Positions 19,077-24,000 of a stretch of 24,000 nt of DNA are shown piece after piece. Position 1 is the first letter of the stretch, and each line of letters begins with the position of its first letter. A model generated the notes under the pieces. That model ran no database searches. It saw only the letters and a program-made list of their open reading frames with translations, and was not told where the DNA came from. This DNA is from Bacillus rugosus (lineage in GTDB: Bacteria; Bacillota; Bacilli; Bacillales; Bacillaceae). The stretch is taken from the NCBI RefSeq assembly GCF_011745685.2, contig NZ_JABUXO010000028.1; one strand, 5' to 3'. Position numbers and translations under genes: made by a program.

Positions 19077-19313
19077 ATGAGTACCATTCAGAGAATTTGT
19101 CTTGTTTTAACAATCATTGGCGCTATTAACTGGGGACTGATCGGATTTTTCCAATTTGACTTAGTAGCGGCCATCTTCGGCGGCCAAGGGTCAGCTCTTT
19201 CCCGCATTATTTACGGACTTGTCGGAATCGCCGGCTTAATCAACCTCGGTCTGCTGTTTAAACCAAACGAGGAAAGATCACGTGAAGAGGCAGCAAATCC
19301 TGAAATGCGATAG
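19077..19313 (+). CDS. yuzA: DUF378 family small membrane protein
   Basis: 78 aa from MSTIQRICLVLTIIGAINWGLIGFFQFDLVAAIFGG...; ATG 19077 with strong SD GGAGGAGG. The track's TTG start at 19068 overlaps the SD. Confidence 0.9.
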   Translation: MSTIQRICLVLTIIGAINWGLIGFFQFDLVAAIFGGQGSALSRIIYGLVGIAGLINLGLLFKPNEERSREEAANPEMR

Positions 19314-19319
19314 GATAAA

Positions 19320-19348
19320 AAAGCACCGAACATTCCTGTCCGGTGCTT
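19320..19348 (+). terminator. Terminator-like hairpin copy A (3' of yuzA)
   Basis: AAAGCACCGAACATTCCTGTCCGGTGCTT; 27/29 identical to copy B. Confidence 0.55.
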
Positions 19349-19480
19349 CAGCGAGTTGACAAACCTTCGCATTCGTTGTCAGGTCTGTGCGTCGGTGCTC
19401 ACGAATTGTACATTCGCTGTGCTCCAATGCTCGCCCTTCCTAGACTTCAAAGGTTTTCAATCATGCTGAAAAAAGAAACA
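19349..19480. repeat. Intergenic element with imperfect inverted-repeat ends
   Basis: Outer arms TTGACAAACCTT (left) and AAGGTTTTCAA (right), interior CGAAT/ATTCG hairpin and degenerate GTGCTC/ATGCTC motifs. Confidence 0.5.
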
Positions 19481-19513
19481 AAAGCACCGGACATTCCTGC
19501 CCGGTGCTTTTTT
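19481..19513 (-). terminator. Terminator hairpin copy B (3' of yugI)
   Basis: AAAGCACCGG-ACATTCCTGC-CCGGTGCTTTTTT; stem GCACCGG/CCGGTGC with A/T tracts either side. Confidence 0.75.
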
Positions 19514-19518
19514 CATGC

Positions 19519-19911
19519 TTATTTTTTGATAAGGTCTTTACGGTTGGACATTTCGATCCACTCTTCAAGCTTATCTTTTAATGTGTTGAAACCTTGTGGT
19601 GCAGAAGCTTCTTCGCTTACTTGCGCAGCTTTAGGTCTTCTTGGTTTGCTTTCTTTTTTCTCAGGCGCAGCTTGTGTCGCACGAATTGAAAGGCTGATTT
19701 TTCCTTTTTCTTCATCAACAGCAAGTACTTTTACTTGTACTTCGTCGCCCACTGAAAGGTGCTCGTTGATATCTTTTACGAAACCGTGAGTCACTTCAGA
19801 AATGTGTACTAAACCTTGAGTTTCTTCATCTAATGCAACAAACGCACCATACGCTTGTAATCCTGTAACTTTACCAGTGTAAACACTGCCCACTTCAAAT
19901 TTTGCTGCCAT
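19519..19911 (-). CDS. yugI: S1 RNA-binding domain protein (general stress protein 13)
   Basis: 130 aa MAAKFEVGSVYTGKVTGLQAYGAFVALDEETQGLVHISEVTHGFVKDI...; classic S1 fold motif. SD TAGGAG. Confidence 0.94.
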   Translation of the reverse strand: MAAKFEVGSVYTGKVTGLQAYGAFVALDEETQGLVHISEVTHGFVKDINEHLSVGDEVQVKVLAVDEEKGKISLSIRATQAAPEKKESKPRRPKAAQVSEEASAPQGFNTLKDKLEEWIEMSNRKDLIKK

Positions 19912-19961
19912 TCATAACAACTCCTAAGTTAAATTAAATATCTGTTTATACGCAATTTAAA

Positions 19962-19990
19962 ATTATATCACACATGTCTTATTTCCGCAA
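19962..19990 (-). promoter_or_regulatory. Strong sigma-A-type promoter for yugI
   Basis: Minus strand TTGCGG-N17-TATAAT with extended -10 TG (TGATATAAT), ~55 nt upstream of the SD/start. Confidence 0.75.
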
Positions 19991-20028
19991 AGAAAACTTT
20001 TTTATAAAAAAACAGGTTTATGCACAGC

Positions 20029-20080
20029 AAAAAGGGGGTAAATTGAAAATACCAAAGGCTTTCTAGTATTCCCCCCTTTT
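20029..20080 (-). terminator. Composite hairpin, probable alaT terminator
   Basis: AAAAAGGGGG (20029-20038) pairs with CCCCCTTTTT (20071-20080); inner AATAC/GTATT stem. T-tract on the minus strand. Confidence 0.55.
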
Positions 20081-20112
20081 ATTGGATGCGAACAAAAGGT
20101 TCGTATCTTTTT

Positions 20113-21273
20113 TTATGTTGTTTTATGCAGGAAGCGTTTCATTCTAACTAACGCTTCTTGAAGCTGCTCGATCGAGGTTGCGTATGAACAGCGGATGTAC
20201 CCTTCACCGCTCGGACCAAACACACTTCCCGGAACAACAGCCACTTTTTCCTGCGTCAGAAGCTCTTCGGCAAACTGCTCCGAGCTCATTCCCGTGCTTT
20301 TGATGGATGGAAAAGCATAGAAAGCGCCGCCCGGATGATGACAGCTGAGGCCGATTTCATTGAGCGTTTCCACAAACAAATTCCGTCTTCTTCGGTAGCT
20401 TTTTTTCATTTTTTCTACGTCTTCCATGCCGTTCTTCAATCCTTCTAAGGCGGCAAACTGCGCCATTGCCGGCGCGCACATCATCGCATACTGGTGAATT
20501 TTAAGCATGGCATCCCGAAGCACAGGTGGTGCTGCGGCAAAACCAAGCCTCCAGCCCGTCATCGCGAACGCTTTTGAAAAGCCTGAGATGACAACCGTCC
20601 GTTCCTTCATTCCCGGCAATGCTGCTATGCTTGTAAATTCCTCATCATATGTCAGCTCGGCGTAAATCTCGTCAGCTAAGACGATGACATCATGTTTTTT
20701 GGCAAACTCAGCAATTTCATTCAGCTCTTCCTTCGAATAAACCGAACCTGTCGGATTCGATGGCGAGCAGATGAGAATGGCTTTTGTTTTTTCAGTGACC
20801 GCCGCTTCAAAATCCGCAGCCGTTGCTTTAAAGCCTTTGTCTGCCGTTGTATGGACATGAAGCGGGATCCCGCCTGCCAAAGAAACAAGCGCATCGTACG
20901 CCACAAAACACGGCTCAGGAATGATGACTTCCTCACCTGGATTTACAATGGCGCGTATCGCAATATCCAAAGCCTGACTTGCCCCTACTGTCACAATCAG
21001 CTCATTGTCTGGCGAGTAGCTAAGGTCAAACCTGCTGCTTAAATAACGGCTGATTTCCTCACGCAATGAGTATAAACCGGCATTTGCAGTGTATGACGTA
21101 TACCCTTGCTCAAGGGAGAGAATGCTTGCTTCGCGGACATTCCATGCGGTAACAAAATCAGGTTCGCCGACGCCTAAAGAAATGACGCCTTCCATCGTTG
21201 CCGCCAAATCAAAGAATTTGCGAATGCCGGACGGCTTTATTTGTTGTACATAGTCAGATAAATACGAAGCCAT
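20113..21273 (-). CDS. alaT: Alanine transaminase (PLP-dependent aminotransferase class I/II)
   Basis: 386 aa; SNPTGSVYSKEEL, VLADEIYAELTY, SGFSKAFAMTGWRLG (PLP Lys). Adjacent to an Lrp-type regulator as in the alaRT operon. Confidence 0.93.
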   Translation of the reverse strand: MASYLSDYVQQIKPSGIRKFFDLAATMEGVISLGVGEPDFVTAWNVREASILSLEQGYTSYTANAGLYSLREEISRYLSSRFDLSYSPDNELIVTVGASQALDIAIRAIVNPGEEVIIPEPCFVAYDALVSLAGGIPLHVHTTADKGFKATAADFEAAVTEKTKAILICSPSNPTGSVYSKEELNEIAEFAKKHDVIVLADEIYAELTYDEEFTSIAALPGMKERTVVISGFSKAFAMTGWRLGFAAAPPVLRDAMLKIHQYAMMCAPAMAQFAALEGLKNGMEDVEKMKKSYRRRRNLFVETLNEIGLSCHHPGGAFYAFPSIKSTGMSSEQFAEELLTQEKVAVVPGSVFGPSGEGYIRCSYATSIEQLQEALVRMKRFLHKTT

Positions 21274-21774
21274 TTACGGTGACACCACGATTCTTTTGTC
21301 GTCGTCTCCTGTTTCAAACACTTTGCCGTCATGCTTGTATTTTTTCAGGATAAAATGAGTTGTTGTAGATACAACTGAATCTAGTGTGGACAGTTTATCT
21401 GAAACAAAACGCGCAACGTCAGACATCGAATTGCCGCGAATCACGACAGACAAATCGTATACGCCTGACATCAGGTAAACTGATTCAACCTCTTGGAACC
21501 GGTATATCCGTTCCGCCACTTCATCAAAACCGACTCCCCGCTTCGGCGTTACTTTGACATCAATCATGGCTGTGACGCCTTCATGCCCGTCGACTTTTCG
21601 CCAGTCAATCATAGCGGAATAATCGATGATAACCTTTTCTTTTTCCAGTTTATCAATAATTGCTTGTACTTCATTTACAGGGATGCCCGCCATCTTTGCG
21701 ATTGTTTCTAAATCGGCGCGGCTATTTTCGTCTAAAATTTCTAATATTTCTGTTTCTTTTTCTGTCAATTTCAT
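21274..21774 (-). CDS. alaR: Lrp/AsnC family transcriptional regulator
   Basis: 166 aa MKLTEKETEILEILDENSRADLETIAKMAGIPVNEVQAIIDKLEKEKVI... HTH plus C-terminal RAM-like domain. The alaT ATG follows directly on the stop. Confidence 0.93.
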   Translation of the reverse strand: MKLTEKETEILEILDENSRADLETIAKMAGIPVNEVQAIIDKLEKEKVIIDYSAMIDWRKVDGHEGVTAMIDVKVTPKRGVGFDEVAERIYRFQEVESVYLMSGVYDLSVVIRGNSMSDVARFVSDKLSTLDSVVSTTTHFILKKYKHDGKVFETGDDDKRIVVSP

Positions 21775-21813
21775 TTGAATTCACACCTTTGCAATGTCAA
21801 GAAATCTCATGAC

Positions 21814-21821
21814 ATTATATC
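21814..21821 (-). promoter_or_regulatory. Candidate extended -10 (TGATATAAT) for alaRT
   Basis: TATAAT with TGn extension on the minus strand ~40 nt upstream of alaR; -35 poor. Confidence 0.45.
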
Positions 21822-21923
21822 ACGTTTTTTGACGAATGCTAAGAAAAAACGAGGAGAAACTTCCGCTAGAATTGACAATTTCAGGGCACAATACAGACAT
21901 CACATGAAAGGGAGTGACACAGA

Positions 21924-22745
21924 ATGGAGGCGGTCTCACCAATAAGGCGGCATACAGTCAATGGCGTAAATGTATACTACGAACATTATCAAAATCCGGG
22001 CAGGCAAACACTTGTCTGCGTACACGGCTTTTTATCGTCTGCTTTCAGCTTCAGAAAAGTCATCCCTCTTCTTCGGGACAGGTACGACATTATCGCACTT
22101 GATTTGCCTCCTTTCGGCCAATCTGAAAAATCGAAAACATTTATCTATACCTATCAAAACCTCGCGAAGCTCGTCATTGGGATTTTGGAACACTTGCAAG
22201 TCAAACAGGCTGCACTTGTCGGCCATTCTATGGGCGGGCAGATTTCGCTGGCTGCTGCTCTCCAAAAGCCGGAGCTTTTTTCAAAGGTTGTGCTGCTTTG
22301 CAGTTCAGGGTATTTAAAACGTTCGCACCCATCAGTCATTTTCGGGACCCACCTCCCGTATTTTCATCTTTATATCAAACGCTGGCTCTCAAAAGAAGGC
22401 GTGATGAAAAATTTATTAAATGTTGTGCATGACAAATCGCTGATTGATGAGGAGATGATTGACGGCTATGGCAGGCCGTTTCAAGACGAGCAGATTTTCA
22501 AAGCCATGACAAGGTTTATCCGCCATAGAGAAGGAGATTTAGAACCCGAGCAATTAAAGAAAATGAACAAGCCTGCTTTATTGATTTGGGGCGAGGAGGA
22601 CCGAATCGTCCCTGTGGAGATTGGTAAACGGCTGCACGGAGATTTGCCCGATTCCGTGCTGTACTCACTCGGTCAGACTGGACATCTGGTGCCTGAGGAA
22701 CGGCCTGAAATCGTTTCCGAACACATTGCAGAGTTTATCAAATAA
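21924..22745 (+). CDS. yugF: Alpha/beta hydrolase
   Basis: 273 aa; nucleophile elbow GHSMGG, LVCVHGFLSSAFSFR, C-terminal His in TGHLVPEERPE. SD AAGGGAGTG. Confidence 0.93.
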   Translation: MEAVSPIRRHTVNGVNVYYEHYQNPGRQTLVCVHGFLSSAFSFRKVIPLLRDRYDIIALDLPPFGQSEKSKTFIYTYQNLAKLVIGILEHLQVKQAALVGHSMGGQISLAAALQKPELFSKVVLLCSSGYLKRSHPSVIFGTHLPYFHLYIKRWLSKEGVMKNLLNVVHDKSLIDEEMIDGYGRPFQDEQIFKAMTRFIRHREGDLEPEQLKKMNKPALLIWGEEDRIVPVEIGKRLHGDLPDSVLYSLGQTGHLVPEERPEIVSEHIAEFIK

Positions 22746-22746
22746 C

Positions 22747-22775
22747 AAAAAAACCGGTGCTGAACCGGTTTTTTT
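22747..22775. terminator. Bidirectional terminator between convergent yugF and yugE
   Basis: AAAAAAACCGG-TGCTGAA-CCGGTTTTTTT. Confidence 0.8.
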
Positions 22776-23034
22776 AAGGCGTACAGGAGCTGCTGTTTTT
22801 AATGAATAAAAGCTGGCCAGCCACTTCCCGGCAGCTGTCAATCGGCAGCATTTGTTCAAAGGAAACTTCAAATATATGCTGAATGCTTTTCGCCAGCGCC
22901 TCGGGATCGTCTTCATCATAGACGGCCTGAACGACATCAACAGCCTCCGTTTCGTAAAACTCTTCTCCATATTTAAACGGGTCCCATTTGGAAATAATCT
23001 TGATCATTTCCCTGACCGCTTGACTTTCTTCCAT
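22774..23034 (-). CDS. yugE: Small hypothetical protein YugE (86 aa from the most likely ATG; the track gives 89 aa)
   Basis: ORF MEESQAVREMIKIISKWDPFKYGEEFYETEAVDVVQAVYDEDDPEALAKSIQHIFEVSFE... between yugF and patB. Confidence 0.85.
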   Translation of the reverse strand: MEESQAVREMIKIISKWDPFKYGEEFYETEAVDVVQAVYDEDDPEALAKSIQHIFEVSFEQMLPIDSCREVAGQLLFIKNSSSCTP

Positions 23035-23121
23035 ATTCATCACCGCTTATAATATAATTTGCAGTTCAATTTTATCATAGTTACGTGAAGAAGAATAAAC
23101 CTACATGAGGGGGTAACAGAA

Positions 23122-24000
23122 TGAACTTTGATAAACGAGAAGAACGCCTTGGCACCCAATCGGTCAAATGGGACAAAACAGGCGAATTATTCGGCGTGAC
23201 AGACGCACTCCCGATGTGGGTGGCGGATATGGATTTTCGCGCGCCGGAAGCGATAACTGAAGCATTAAAAGAGCGCCTCGACCACGGGATCTTCGGTTAT
23301 ACGGCTCCAGACCAAAAAACGAAGGATGCTGTGTGCGGATGGATGCAAAACAGGCACGGCTGGAAGGTGAACCCAGAAAGCATCACATTCAGCCCGGGCG
23401 TTGTCACAGCTTTGAGCATGGCGGTACAGGCTTTCACGGAGCCTGAAGACCAAGTGGTGGTCCAGCCTCCTGTCTATACGCCTTTTTACCATATGATTGA
23501 GAAAAACGGCCGGCGCATTTTACATAATCCGCTGCAAAAAAAAGACGGCACGTATGCAATGGATTTTGAAGATTTAGAGACGAAGCTTAGTGATCCAAGC
23601 GTCAAATTGTTTATTTTATGCAATCCTCATAACCCTTCAGGGCGTTCATGGGGACGGGAAGATTTACTGAAGCTCGGCGAATTGTGTCTTGAGCATGGGG
23701 TCACAGTTGTATCGGATGAAATCCATTCCGACCTAATGCTGTACGGACACAAACACACGCCGTTCGCTTCTCTCTCTGACGAATTTGCTGAGATTTCTGT
23801 GACATGTGCTGCACCAAGCAAAACATTTAATATCGCCGGATTACAGGCGTCGGCCATCATTATACCGGATCGGCTGAAGCGCGCTAAGTTTTCCGCAAGC
23901 CTGCAGCGCAATGGTTTAGGCGGATTGAATGCATTTGCCGTCACTGCGATCGAAGCCGCTTACTCTAAATGCGGACCGTGGCTCGATGAATTGATCTCTT
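23122..24000 (+). CDS. patB: Cystathionine beta-lyase / C-S lyase (MalY/PatB family), truncated at window edge
   Basis: MNFDKREERLGTQSVKWDKTGELFGVTDALPMWVADMDFRAPEAI...VSDEIHSDL...SKTFNIAGLQAS (PLP Lys). SD GAGGGGG. Open to position 24000; not in the track because the stop is outside. Confidence 0.92.

Noticed and set aside
19343-19789. 148-aa plus-strand ORF overlapping the intergenic element and yugI
   Set aside because: Mostly the antisense of yugI; no SD. The intergenic element looks structural, not coding.
20086-20106. Possible LexA/DinR (SOS) box CGAAC-AAAAG-GTTCG
   Set aside because: The spacer is 5 nt, whereas the B. subtilis box is CGAAC-N4-GTTCG. The T-tract context fits a terminator hairpin better.
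1-24000. CRISPR arrays, tRNA/rRNA genes, transposases, phage or toxin-antitoxin modules
   Set aside because: No regularly spaced repeats, no cloverleaf-like or rRNA sequence, and no recognisable mobile or defence genes. Gene order follows the B. subtilis chromosome.

Overview
The window is ordinary chromosomal backbone from the Bacillus subtilis group. Gene order and protein sequences match the mcpA-tlpA-mcpB / tgl / yug region (yugU-T-S-P, mstX-yugO, yugN-M, pgi, yugK-J, yuzA, yugI, alaT-alaR, yugF, yugE, patB). There is no CRISPR, transposase, prophage, rRNA or tRNA signal, and I see no multi-gene novel system. Points worth a second look: (1) the Mistic gene mstX has a +1/-1 frame break in an A7 tract relative to the 110-aa form I recall from strain 168, leaving an 84-98 aa protein plus an untranslated relic of the N-terminal helix; (2) a ~160-bp intergenic element between yuzA and yugI is flanked by two near-identical 29-nt terminator-like hairpins and has inverted-repeat ends; (3) a hairpin/U-tract overlaps the yugS start codon and Shine-Dalgarno, so it could be regulatory; (4) a nitronate monooxygenase-like gene downstream of yugU, which I do not recall at this locus in strain 168; (5) an 8+8 bp operator-like palindrome upstream of yuzA; (6) a composite hairpin pair between alaT and yugI. 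Names come from recognising protein sequences and synteny from memory; no database search was run.
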